Part shown: in pieces, positions 1 through 8,283 of the stretch
Position numbering within the stretch: position 1 is the first letter of the stretch
Layout of the letters: every line of letters starts with the position of its first letter
From: a virus
Reading direction: 5' to 3' (one strand)
Length of the DNA: 22,420 bases
Virus record (IMG/VR): IMGVR_UViG_3300009974_000001
Made by a program: the position numbers and the translations under genes
The notes under the pieces: generated by a model
What the model saw: the letters and a program-made list of their open reading frames with translations, nothing else
Databases searched by the model: none
What the model was told of the DNA's origin: nothing

Positions 1-123
1 ATAAAGCCCTCAAGGTAATGTCCACTGAATACGATGTCATCTATGTACAGGAAGCAACAGAGCTTACCGAGAATGACTGGGAGTCATTGACTACTCGTCT
101 TCGTAATGGGCGTATTCCATATC
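1..123. repeat. Terminal overlap copy 1, identical to 22298-22420; marks circular closure or permutation of a 22,297-bp unit
   Basis: Read directly: ataaagccctcaaggtaatgtcc...cgtattccatatc occurs at both ends of the window. The repeat lies inside the terL reading frame. Confidence 0.95.
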
Positions 124-962
124 AGCAATTGATCGCTGACTGTAATCCGGATATGCCTACGCATTGGCTGAAGCTACGCTGTGACAGAGGCCAGACTAAG
201 TCCATTCCTTCTAGACATGAGGACAACCCTGTTCTGTTTGACCAGCACAGCGGCCTTGTAACGCCTGCTGGAGCTGCGTATATGAAGGCACTGGACAATC
301 TCACAGGCGTACGTTATGAGCGTCTTAGAATGGGAATCTGGGCTGCTGCTGAGGGTCTTGTATACGAGGACTACAATCCTTCTGTTCATATCTATAAGCA
401 CATTGGTGAACCACCGAAGGACTGGACCAGATTTCTTTCCATCGACTTCGGATTTACGAACCCGTTCGTCTGTCAGTTCTGGGCTATCGACAATGATGGA
501 AGAGCTTACCTCTACAAGGAGATCTACAAGACTCGTACCCTCGTGGAGGATCACGCTGCACAGATCAAGGAGCTGCTTCGTAACGAGCCAAAGATTCAGT
601 ACATCATCACAGACCATGACGCAGAGGACAGAGCCACACTGGAACGTCACCTTGGTCTTGGTACACAGAAGGCCAACAAGAATGTATCTGAGGGCATTCA
701 GGCTGTGGCAGCACGATTGAAGGTACAGGCAGATGGTAAGCCTCGTATCTATCTGTGCAGAGATGCTGTGGTGGAAAGAGATCCACAGCTTGAGAACGAG
801 AAGAAGCCTTGCTCTACACTTGAAGAGATTGCAGGTTATGTATGGAACACGGACAAGGACGCACCGGTAAAGTCCAATGACCACGGTATGGATGCCATGA
901 GATACATGGTTGCTCACCTGGATATCAGGGACGTACCTACGCTGCGTACCTTTAATTTCTAG
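1..962 (+). CDS. terL: Large terminase subunit, C-terminal part (continues from 21961-22420 across the circular junction; codon phase starts at base 3)
   Basis: Same frame as 21961-22420 once the 123-bp overlap is merged, giving 432 aa in total. It has Walker-B-like DVIYVQEATEL. Nuclease-domain acidic motifs are SIDFGFTNPF, ITDHDAEDR and DHGMDAMRY. Stop is TAG at 960-962. Confidence 0.9.
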   Translation, partial: KALKVMSTEYDVIYVQEATELTENDWESLTTRLRNGRIPYQQLIADCNPDMPTHWLKLRCDRGQTKSIPSRHEDNPVLFDQHSGLVTPAGAAYMKALDNLTGVRYERLRMGIWAAAEGLVYEDYNPSVHIYKHIGEPPKDWTRFLSIDFGFTNPFVCQFWAIDNDGRAYLYKEIYKTRTLVEDHAAQIKELLRNEPKIQYIITDHDAEDRATLERHLGLGTQKANKNVSEGIQAVAARLKVQADGKPRIYLCRDAVVERDPQLENEKKPCSTLEEIAGYVWNTDKDAPVKSNDHGMDAMRYMVAHLDIRDVPTLRTFNF

Positions 963-971
963 GAGACGACT

Positions 972-1199
972 ATGGAACAGCTAAAGAAGAAGTATGCACT
1001 TGCGCTGCTTCGTATCAGGGGGTTCAGACTGAGTCCCACTACAGCAGGGAATCTCATGGGCATTATCGGATGTATCCTTATCGGCATTGGAGTATTCATC
1101 TTCTCCATTCCATTTGGATTCATCCTTAGTGGTATCATGTGTATTGTAATTGGATCTCAGATTGTGACGAATGGAGCGAATAATGAGTATCCTCGCTAA
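972..1199 (+). CDS. Small membrane protein with two predicted TM helices (75 aa), function unknown
   Basis: SD taggaga lies 5 nt upstream of the ATG. Hydrophobic stretches are LMGIIGCILIGIGVFIFSI and FGFILSGIMCIVIG. Its end overlaps the portal start. Confidence 0.6.
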   Translation: MEQLKKKYALALLRIRGFRLSPTTAGNLMGIIGCILIGIGVFIFSIPFGFILSGIMCIVIGSQIVTNGANNEYPR

Positions 1200-2466
1200 T
1201 CTGGGTGCCCTTCTGAACAAGGCTCCTGTGCCATACGTACAGAGATCTGCGGCATCTGAGTGGTTTCAGAATCCCCAGAACGCCAAGTCTCTTACCAACA
1301 TGGAGGCATATGGTTCTGTAGGTACACTGTTTGCCATCGTCAACCGTCTGGCCAACGATACTTCAGCCGTATGCTGGAAGCTGTACCAGACACAGAAGGA
1401 CACACGCAGACGCTATGCGCACACAGGTATGGATGACCGTAAGGAAGTCATTGACCATATGGCGCTGAAGCTTCTTACCAAGCCCAATCCTTTTATGACC
1501 ACGCAGCTATTCATTGAGATTACACAGCAGCACATTGATCTGACTGGTGAATCTTTCTGGGCTGTAGTAAGTGAGTATGGAATTCCGTACGAACTGTGGC
1601 CTCTTCGTCCAGACAGAATGACTATTGTCTGTGATGCGGAGAACTACCTTACTGGATATGTGTATACAACTCCAGAGGGACGTAAGATTCCCATGGAGAA
1701 GGAACAGATTATCCATCTGAAGATGCCGTCTCCTGTGGATATCTACAGAGGTGCTTCACCAGTATCTGCCATTCTTCCTGATCTTGAATCGTCTCGTCTT
1801 TCATCTGAATGGAATCGTAACTTCTTCAAGAACTCCGCCGTTCCTGGTGGTGTGATTCAGGTAGAAGGAAGACTTTCTGACGCTGCCTTCTATGAGATGA
1901 TGCTTCGTTGGCAGGAGCAGCACAAGGGTGTGGCTAACGCACATCGTGCGGCTGTACTGGATAATGGTGGTAAGTGGATTCCTACTGCTATGACAATGCG
2001 CGATATGCAGTTCGCTGAATTGCGTGATGTCTCTTCTCAGGTAATCCGTGAAGCATTCGGCTTCCCCAAGTTCAAGCTTGGTGATGTGACTGATGTAAAC
2101 CGTGCCAATGCTGATGCCTCTGAGCGTATGTATGCACGATCACTATTGAAGCCAAGACTTGAGAGAATCAAGCAGGCGCTCAACACACAGCTTCTTCCTC
2201 TGTTCGGCTCATCTGGTTCTGGAATTGAATTCGACTATGATTCTCCTGAGCCCGATGACGAAGAGCTGGAGATGCAAGAGCGTCTGAACAAGGCACAGGC
2301 TGCGAAGACTCTTGTGGACGCCGGATATGATCCTGCGTCTATTCTTGAGGTGGTAGGACTACCGCCAATGGAACACAGAACAGAGAAGTCTCAGCCTATT
2401 GTTCCCCCTATTACTACTCCTGGAGAGGAGACGCCAAATGAAGACGTGGTACCGCCTGGAGAATAA
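1183..2466 (+). CDS. Portal protein (HK97-family type), 427 aa from the ATG at 1183
   Basis: Size and position fit a gene between terL and the protease. Portal-like segments are GESFWAVV and REAFGFPKFKLGD, with an acidic C-terminal tail. GGAG lies 6 nt before ATG 1183; the ORF track starts at 1171. Confidence 0.85.
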   Translation: MSILANLGALLNKAPVPYVQRSAASEWFQNPQNAKSLTNMEAYGSVGTLFAIVNRLANDTSAVCWKLYQTQKDTRRRYAHTGMDDRKEVIDHMALKLLTKPNPFMTTQLFIEITQQHIDLTGESFWAVVSEYGIPYELWPLRPDRMTIVCDAENYLTGYVYTTPEGRKIPMEKEQIIHLKMPSPVDIYRGASPVSAILPDLESSRLSSEWNRNFFKNSAVPGGVIQVEGRLSDAAFYEMMLRWQEQHKGVANAHRAAVLDNGGKWIPTAMTMRDMQFAELRDVSSQVIREAFGFPKFKLGDVTDVNRANADASERMYARSLLKPRLERIKQALNTQLLPLFGSSGSGIEFDYDSPEPDDEELEMQERLNKAQAAKTLVDAGYDPASILEVVGLPPMEHRTEKSQPIVPPITTPGEETPNEDVVPPGE

Positions 2467-3334
2467 GGCTAATTCCACACCTACTCTTTTCCTGTATGAT
2501 GAAATCGGTGGATTCGGAATCAGCGCATCTGATTTCATGACTGATCTTATGGCCGTGGAAGGCGACGCCATTGATGTACATATCTCCTCTCTTGGTGGAG
2601 AAGTATTCCAGGGCTTCGCTATCTATCAGGCATTGAAGGATCACCCTGCTATGGTGAACGTCTATGTGGATTCCATTGCGGCCTCTATTGCTTCTGTCAT
2701 TGCTATGGCAGGCGACAAGGTAGTCATGGGCAAGAATTCACAGATGATGATTCATGATGGTCATGTGACGATGCAGGGCAATGCTGCGGATCTTACCCGT
2801 ATGATCGACCAGTTGAACCGTGCCTCTGACAATATCGCCTCTGTCTATGCAGAGCGTACTGGTGGAGACATCGCTGAATGGCGTAATGCCATGAAGGACG
2901 AGACATGGTTCAATGCTGAGGAAGCTGTTGCTGCTGGTCTTGCTGACGAGGTTTCTCAGTCATCCAAGAAGGTACGCAATGTGGCTGATCTACAGATCTT
3001 CAACTATGCAGGTCGTCAGTTCGCTCCTGCTCCTACTATTCTGGGGCAGAAGAGTACTGAGAAGAAGGAACCATATGGAGATGTGGAATACGCAGATCCT
3101 GGTTACCAGAACGACGGTAAGAAGAGATACCCGATTGACACCGAAGAGCACATTCGTGCCGCTTGGAGTTACATCAATCAATCAGATAATGCTAAACTGT
3201 ATACAGCAGAACAACTTAGCAATATCAAAAGCCGTATCAAGACAGCGGCTAAGAAGTTCGGGATTCAGATCTCGGACGCTATCGACACTGAATCCCTAAT
3301 CAAGGCTATTAAGGAAGGACTAAGTCATGGCTAA
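2438..3334 (+). CDS. ClpP-like (S14) prohead maturation protease with an extra conserved C-terminal domain
   Basis: ClpP-type serine context DSIAASIASVIAMAGD and histidine context QMMIHDG. SD ggagaggag precedes ATG 2438. The C-terminus carries YADPGYQNDGKKRYPIDTEEHIRAAWSYI. Confidence 0.85.
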   Translation: MKTWYRLENKANSTPTLFLYDEIGGFGISASDFMTDLMAVEGDAIDVHISSLGGEVFQGFAIYQALKDHPAMVNVYVDSIAASIASVIAMAGDKVVMGKNSQMMIHDGHVTMQGNAADLTRMIDQLNRASDNIASVYAERTGGDIAEWRNAMKDETWFNAEEAVAAGLADEVSQSSKKVRNVADLQIFNYAGRQFAPAPTILGQKSTEKKEPYGDVEYADPGYQNDGKKRYPIDTEEHIRAAWSYINQSDNAKLYTAEQLSNIKSRIKTAAKKFGIQISDAIDTESLIKAIKEGLSHG

Positions 3335-4649
3335 GATGGCTATTCCAACCAGCCAGAATGAGCTTGAAGAGCTGCTGGCTGACCCAACCAAGGCAGGTGA
3401 GCTGGTCAACAACGGGCAGATGCCAGAAGTTGTACAGGCTTACGCTGCTACTCTGGACCGCAAGGACCCTGACATCAAGGCTCAGGTTCAGGACCAGGTG
3501 AAGTCCGTTATGTTTGACTTCCTACGTGAGAACGACCAGAAGACTGCGGGTGCACTTAACATCCGTCCAGGTAAGGGCAAGGACACTTCTGTATACAACG
3601 CTGCTGCTCCTGGCGCAGATGTTGAGAAGGAGTTCTCCGGACTTTCCAACTTCTTCCAGTCCATCTGGCACAACGCTGACCGTTCTCCTGAGCTAGTCGC
3701 AAGACTTAACAAGGTACGTAACGCTGCGTCTTCCTACGATGGAGCTTCTGGTGGATTCCTGATTCCAGAGACTACACGTAGCGAGATTCTTGATCTTGCT
3801 CTTGAGGACTCTGTTGTACGTCCTCGTGCAACCGTTATTCCTATGAGCACTCCTCGTACGCTTATCCCAGCCAACGACGTTACCTCTAACGTCAGCTCCC
3901 TGTATGGTGGAGTTGTGGCTTACTGGGAGTCCGAGGCACAGGCTCACACCTCTACCAATGCACAGTTCCAGGCTATCGAGCTTAACGCTCACAAGTTGAC
4001 TGCGTACACTGAGGTTCCTAACGAGCTTATTGCTGATGGTGTAGGCTTTGAGGCTTACATGAACAAGGCATTCCCGAAGGCTCTTGCTCACTACGAGGAC
4101 TACGCATTCATGCGTGGAACTGGTGTGGGACAGCCAGAAGGATTCCTTAACTCTGACGCTGCTGTATCCGTGGCCAAGGAGTCTGGACAGGCAGCCGACA
4201 CAATCCTGTGGCAGAACATTGTGAAGATGTACTCTCGTATGCTTCCTGGTTCTCTGAACAACGCTGTGTGGATTGTTCCACCTAACGCTTTCCCTGAGCT
4301 TGCAACTATGGCTCTGAGCGTTGGTACTGGTGGATCTGCTATCTGGCTGAACAACGGTCAGGTTGGTCCTCCAATGACCATTCTTGGTCGTCCTGTGATT
4401 GTTACTGAGAAGGCTCCTAAGCTTGGAGACGCTGCGGACATCAGCTTCGTGGACCTGAGCTACTACCTGATCGGTGACCGTCAGATGATGACTGCTACTT
4501 CTTCCCCTCACTACCTGTTCAACCAGGACAAGACAGCCTTCAAGGTTCTGTCTCGTGTTGACGGACGTGTGTGGATGAACAGCGCTATCACTCCTAAGAA
4601 CGCTGGAGACACCCTGTCTCCTGTCGTTACTCTGGCTGAGCGCGCGTAA
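3327..4649 (+). CDS. Major capsid protein, HK97 fold, with an N-terminal delta/scaffold region
   Basis: 440 aa, directly after the protease with an 8-nt overlap. HK97-family-like segments are SGGFLIPE, FMRGTGVGQPEGFLN and ILGRPVIVTEKAP. Confidence 0.9.
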   Translation: MAKMAIPTSQNELEELLADPTKAGELVNNGQMPEVVQAYAATLDRKDPDIKAQVQDQVKSVMFDFLRENDQKTAGALNIRPGKGKDTSVYNAAAPGADVEKEFSGLSNFFQSIWHNADRSPELVARLNKVRNAASSYDGASGGFLIPETTRSEILDLALEDSVVRPRATVIPMSTPRTLIPANDVTSNVSSLYGGVVAYWESEAQAHTSTNAQFQAIELNAHKLTAYTEVPNELIADGVGFEAYMNKAFPKALAHYEDYAFMRGTGVGQPEGFLNSDAAVSVAKESGQAADTILWQNIVKMYSRMLPGSLNNAVWIVPPNAFPELATMALSVGTGGSAIWLNNGQVGPPMTILGRPVIVTEKAPKLGDAADISFVDLSYYLIGDRQMMTATSSPHYLFNQDKTAFKVLSRVDGRVWMNSAITPKNAGDTLSPVVTLAERA

Positions 4650-4661
4650 TCTGAATTAGTC

Positions 4662-4697
4662 GAGAGAGGGAAAGCATTAAAACCCTTTCCCTCTCTT
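4662..4697 (+). terminator. Hairpin terminator or attenuator just after the capsid gene
   Basis: gagagagggaaag (4662-4674) pairs with ctttccctctctt (4685-4697), giving 12 bp plus one G-U pair. The downstream U-tract is weak. Confidence 0.6.
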
Positions 4698-4744
4698 CTC
4701 TACTTCGGCAATAAACCCCCGAATAGAATGACTGGAGAAATAAT

Positions 4745-5179
4745 ATGTCTATGTACGGAGTAGGACTCGGAAGAGTCTTCAACGTAGTAGCTGCGGCTTC
4801 TGGAGTAACTATTCCATTGACCAAGGCTGAGGCTGTTTCCTTCGTTACTTACGAGGACGACGGAACAACTATCGCAACGATTACTCAGGTTGACTCCACT
4901 GGAACAAACCCTGAGATTGCCCTTGATGTGGACAATTACCCATACAAGGCTCCTGGTATCGGTGGAACCTGGACTGCTATGGCAGAACAGGACGACACTC
5001 TGGCTCTTGGTGGAGACACTACGAATGACAGCATGTGCTTCGTTGTTCGTGGAGACCAGCTAACCGATGGGTACGATGGAGTTCAGGTAACCACAGATGG
5101 TGGTATTTGCATGGCTTTCATTCACGACCTGAAGGTGCAGCGTAAGCCTTCCAACCTAGCCAGCAACATTGTTGCGTAA
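4745..5179 (+). CDS. Hypothetical structural protein (144 aa), possibly a head accessory or decoration protein
   Basis: SD ggaga lies upstream of the ATG. It is a clean ORF between capsid and connector genes. No motif recognised. Confidence 0.6.
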   Translation: MSMYGVGLGRVFNVVAAASGVTIPLTKAEAVSFVTYEDDGTTIATITQVDSTGTNPEIALDVDNYPYKAPGIGGTWTAMAEQDDTLALGGDTTNDSMCFVVRGDQLTDGYDGVQVTTDGGICMAFIHDLKVQRKPSNLASNIVA

Positions 5180-5191
5180 GGAGGATAGCTG

Positions 5192-5653
5192 ATGTCTGTA
5201 CTAATCAACGGTAACGAACTGAGATCTATTGCTCTTGGTCGTGGACTGGTATCAAAGTCCACAGGTACCATTACTGGTAACCCAACGACTGCGCTGTTTA
5301 CTGTGACTGGTGGAGAAGTTATGATTACTTCTCTGTACGGTAAGGTAACCACAGCACTGTCTACTGATGGTGGAACCTATGCCCTTCAGGCTAATCCAAC
5401 CACAGGTGATACGCAGACAATCGTTACGGCAACTGACCTTGGTACAACTGATACCGCTGTTGGTTCTGTGATTGGACTTGACCAGGGTACTACTGCTGCT
5501 ACGAAGTTTCTTCGTGGTGGTCGTGTAGACCTTAACGCAGTTGTCACCACAGGACAGATTGAATTCGTTGGTGCTTCATCTGCCAACGGAGCCATTACGT
5601 TCTACGTAACCTGGATTCCTCTGACAGATGGTGCAGCTCTCGTGGCTGCGTAA
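5192..5653 (+). CDS. Hypothetical Thr/Gly-rich beta-type protein (153 aa), possibly a head accessory protein
   Basis: SD aaggagga lies upstream of the ATG. Composition is rich in T, G, A and V, for example TGTITGNPTTALFTVTGG. No motif recognised. Confidence 0.6.
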   Translation: MSVLINGNELRSIALGRGLVSKSTGTITGNPTTALFTVTGGEVMITSLYGKVTTALSTDGGTYALQANPTTGDTQTIVTATDLGTTDTAVGSVIGLDQGTTAATKFLRGGRVDLNAVVTTGQIEFVGASSANGAITFYVTWIPLTDGAALVAA

Positions 5654-5663
5654 TCATTTACGT

Positions 5664-5700
5664 AAAGGCCGTATCGTATATTAAATGCGGTACGGCCTTT
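5664..5700. terminator. Intrinsic terminator, A-tract/U-tract flanked and so potentially bidirectional
   Basis: aaaggccgta (5664-5673) pairs with tacggccttt (5691-5700), with inner extension. It is followed by actcgttt. Confidence 0.7.
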
Positions 5701-5720
5701 ACTCGTTTAAGGAGAAGACT

Positions 5721-5897
5721 ATGTCTTATGGAGATATCATCGCCATTTACCAAGAGGCGATTCAGAATGCAGAGCAGGATAGGGCAACTCCACCAGACGA
5801 GTGTCCCAATGATGGTACTACTCTGATGGAAGATGAGAATGGAGTACTGACATGTAAGTGGGATGGCTGGCAGTATCTGGGATATAACCTGCCATAA
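5721..5897 (+). CDS. Small hypothetical protein (58 aa)
   Basis: SD aaggaga lies 6 nt upstream of ATG 5721. The track ORF start at 5685 lies inside the terminator hairpin. Confidence 0.55.
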   Translation: MSYGDIIAIYQEAIQNAEQDRATPPDECPNDGTTLMEDENGVLTCKWDGWQYLGYNLP

Positions 5898-5935
5898 GTC
5901 TGATAAAATAGTGGAGAGTAGATAAGGAGATTACC

Positions 5936-6973
5936 ATGGGAAATTGGTATTGCACGAGAGAGGATGTAAAGGAAGCTCTCGATATCAAGCTGACAGCGAG
6001 AATGGATCGCGTCATTGACCGCGCTGTGGAAGCAGCATCACGTAGTGTAGAGAATCTTACACGTAGAGTTTTCTATCCGACAGTAGCAACGAAGTACTAC
6101 GACTATCCCAACCGTGTGACGTCATACGCATACAGACAGTGGCTGGATCAGCCAGACCAATTGATCTCTGTGACATCCCTTGTCTCTGGTGGTACTACTC
6201 TGGCAGCCAATGAATACTTCCTTGAGCCGATCAACAGTGGTCCTCCGTATAGCCGTATCGAGATCAACCTAGGTCTCAATGAGACATTTGATGCTGATGA
6301 CACATGGCAGCGACAGACTGTTGTCACAGGTACATGGGGTTACGATACTTCCTGGTCTTCAGCCACCACGATCACAGGTAACATCAACTCTTCCGTTACA
6401 ACAGTTCCTATCGATGATTCAGCCGCTGTAGGTGTGGGAGATCTTATCCGTGTAGGTACTGAATGGATGTACGTAACGGCCAAGGCTATGGTGGATACCG
6501 GAGATGACGTAACGCTTACCTCTGCACAGAATGCTGTGACTCTTACCGGTCTCACATCAGGGAATCTGAATGTGGGAGAGGTCATCCTTGTGGACTCTGA
6601 GAGAATGCTGGTTGTCGATATTGTGGGTACTACAGCTACCGTACAGAGAGCCTATGACGGTTCAGTCCTGGCTGCCCACTCAGGAGCCTCTGTATACGCC
6701 CTACGCAGCCTTACAGTAGTCAGAGGTGCCAATGGTTCAACCGCAGCCTCACACACGTCAGGAGACGCTGTAGAGCGTTTCGAATATCCAGGGCAGATTC
6801 GTCAGCTTGCTATTGCTGAGGCTCTGGTTCTTATCATGCAGGGACAAGCAGGTTATGGAAGAACAGTCGGCTCCGGAGATAATCAGAGAGAGTCTTCCGG
6901 TAAGGGTCTTATGGACTTGCGTAATCAGGTAAGACTTGCCTATGGAAGACGTTCAAGACATATGGCGGTGTAA
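5936..6973 (+). CDS. Head-tail connector/adaptor-like protein with a long inserted C-terminal region (345 aa)
   Basis: The N-terminus MGNWYCTREDVKEALDI...RVIDRAVEAASRSVENLTRR resembles gp6-type head-tail connector N-termini (recall). It is the first gene of the neck block. SD aaggaga present. Confidence 0.5.
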   Translation: MGNWYCTREDVKEALDIKLTARMDRVIDRAVEAASRSVENLTRRVFYPTVATKYYDYPNRVTSYAYRQWLDQPDQLISVTSLVSGGTTLAANEYFLEPINSGPPYSRIEINLGLNETFDADDTWQRQTVVTGTWGYDTSWSSATTITGNINSSVTTVPIDDSAAVGVGDLIRVGTEWMYVTAKAMVDTGDDVTLTSAQNAVTLTGLTSGNLNVGEVILVDSERMLVVDIVGTTATVQRAYDGSVLAAHSGASVYALRSLTVVRGANGSTAASHTSGDAVERFEYPGQIRQLAIAEALVLIMQGQAGYGRTVGSGDNQRESSGKGLMDLRNQVRLAYGRRSRHMAV

Positions 6974-6975
6974 TC

Positions 6976-7365
6976 ATGCTAGGAGCCAAGACTTCTGTTG
7001 ATTTCGATGGTCCTCTCTTCAATGGAAGAGCCGTAAAGATCTTTGATGACTTTGCCAAGGATGCCGAAAAGGACATCGCACAGGATACGCTACGTGCTAT
7101 CAGACGCAGATTCCATGTGCACTTCAAGCATCCTACTGGCAGATACGAATCCAATGTCCATATCTCTGGTGCTGGTGAAGGTACTGAGATCAATGACCGT
7201 GGAATTGTATATGGTCCATGGCTTGAGGGAATCGGCAAGAAGAATCGCACTACCCGATTTAAGGGATATCATTCCTTTGAAGAAGCCGCCAATGAGGTTG
7301 ACAGCAGAGCAGATGACATTGCGGAAAGAACATTCCGCCTGAAGTGGAAAAGGAGACTGGAATAA
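6976..7365 (+). CDS. HK97 gp10-like neck / head-closure protein (129 aa)
   Basis: The pattern GRYESNVHI...IVYGPWLEGIGKKNRTTRFKGYHSFE matches my recollection of the gp10 family. It sits in the neck block. Confidence 0.55.
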   Translation: MLGAKTSVDFDGPLFNGRAVKIFDDFAKDAEKDIAQDTLRAIRRRFHVHFKHPTGRYESNVHISGAGEGTEINDRGIVYGPWLEGIGKKNRTTRFKGYHSFEEAANEVDSRADDIAERTFRLKWKRRLE

Positions 7366-7818
7366 ATGGCACTCGATATTGATACGTTGCTGAGTAAGCT
7401 GGTGAGTCATGCGTTGTCTACAGGCCACTTCGACTCAGTCAACACGCACGAACCTGACAACGCACCAGGTAACGGAATTACGGCTAACGTAGTTCTGGAT
7501 ACCATTACCCCTGTTCCTGGTGGTATGGCTACTACCTCTTGTCGTGTAGCGTTCTTCATGACCATGATGTATCCGGCAGAGGCACAGCCAAGGGACGATA
7601 CAGAACCCTACCTCATCAAGGCTCTGGACGCCGTTATGGGACGTCTTACGGGAGATCTGAGACTGGACAACACAGTCCGTATGATCGACCTTCTAGGAGC
7701 CCATGGAGACGGTTTGGAAGCTATCGCTGGATACACCAAAATTCAGGATCAGGTATACCGCGTCATGGAACTGACCATCCCACTCATCGTCAATGACGTG
7801 TGGATTCAAGCTGAATGA
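7366..7818 (+). CDS. Tail terminator-like protein (150 aa)
   Basis: It lies just before the tube gene, with an ATG overlapping the previous stop (taaATG). The segment LTGDLRLDNTVRMIDLLGAHGDGLEAIAGYTKIQDQVYRVMELTIPLIV resembles actinophage tail terminators (recall). Confidence 0.5.
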   Translation: MALDIDTLLSKLVSHALSTGHFDSVNTHEPDNAPGNGITANVVLDTITPVPGGMATTSCRVAFFMTMMYPAEAQPRDDTEPYLIKALDAVMGRLTGDLRLDNTVRMIDLLGAHGDGLEAIAGYTKIQDQVYRVMELTIPLIVNDVWIQAE

Positions 7819-7820
7819 TG

Positions 7821-7829
7821 TGATATGCT
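7821..7829 (+). promoter_or_regulatory. Extended -10-like element TGATATGCT placed to give a leaderless HNH transcript
   Basis: The hexamer TATGCT ends at 7829 and the A of ATG is at 7837. There is no SD upstream. Motifs this loose occur often by chance. Confidence 0.25.
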
Positions 7830-7836
7830 TTAGAGC

Positions 7837-8274
7837 ATGAACGAAAGAACATGCACTAGATGCAATGAAACCAAATCATCCATTCACTTCAGTCCATCAG
7901 GTAGAGGGGGTAAGTACTTTGCTTCAAAATGCAAGCCATGTAACGCAGAGGCTGCCAGAGAATACAGGCTAAAGAACAATGAGCAGGTAAACAAGGTAGC
8001 CAAGCGTTCCAGAGCAAAGCGCAGCAAGGCTAACTACAGAGCACGCAAGGATTACATCAGTAAGCTGAAAGAGAAGCCTTGTAGTGACTGCAAAGTACAG
8101 TACCCATGGTACGTTATGGACTTTGACCACCGACCAGGAGAGACCAAGGAATTCACTATTGGTCAATCCCCTAATATCGCATGGGACAGAATTTTGAAAG
8201 AAGTAGCAAAGTGCGACGTGGTGTGTTCTAACTGCCACAGAGAGCGCACTTATCAAAGACGACAAGTAGATTAG
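7837..8274 (+). CDS. HNH endonuclease with an N-terminal CxxC...CxxC module (145 aa)
   Basis: HNH core DFDHRPGETKEF...CDVVCSNCHRERT. The N-terminus is CTRCNETKSSIHF...CKPCNAEAAREYR. Confidence 0.85.
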   Translation: MNERTCTRCNETKSSIHFSPSGRGGKYFASKCKPCNAEAAREYRLKNNEQVNKVAKRSRAKRSKANYRARKDYISKLKEKPCSDCKVQYPWYVMDFDHRPGETKEFTIGQSPNIAWDRILKEVAKCDVVCSNCHRERTYQRRQVD

Positions 8275-8283
8275 GAGCCGACT

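Noticed and set aside
1-123. End duplication as a genuine direct terminal repeat of the virion DNA
   Set aside because: It interrupts the terL coding frame, so it is far more likely an assembly overlap of a circular or permuted genome.
174-917. 247-aa ORF on the - strand, plus the 134-aa + strand alternate-frame ORF at 316-720
   Set aside because: Both lie entirely inside the well-supported terL frame. They have no SD and a Ser/Arg/Leu/Cys-rich shadow-ORF composition.
2913-3299. 128-aa alternate-frame ORF within the protease C-terminal region; similar cases at 7043-7342 and 7539-7796
   Set aside because: All are nested in supported frames, lack initiation signals and have Arg/Leu/Ser-rich compositions typical of off-frame translation.
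3693-4511. 272-aa antisense ORF opposite the capsid gene
   Set aside because: It is a shadow of a strongly codon-biased gene, with R/S/H-rich low-plausibility protein and no initiation signals.
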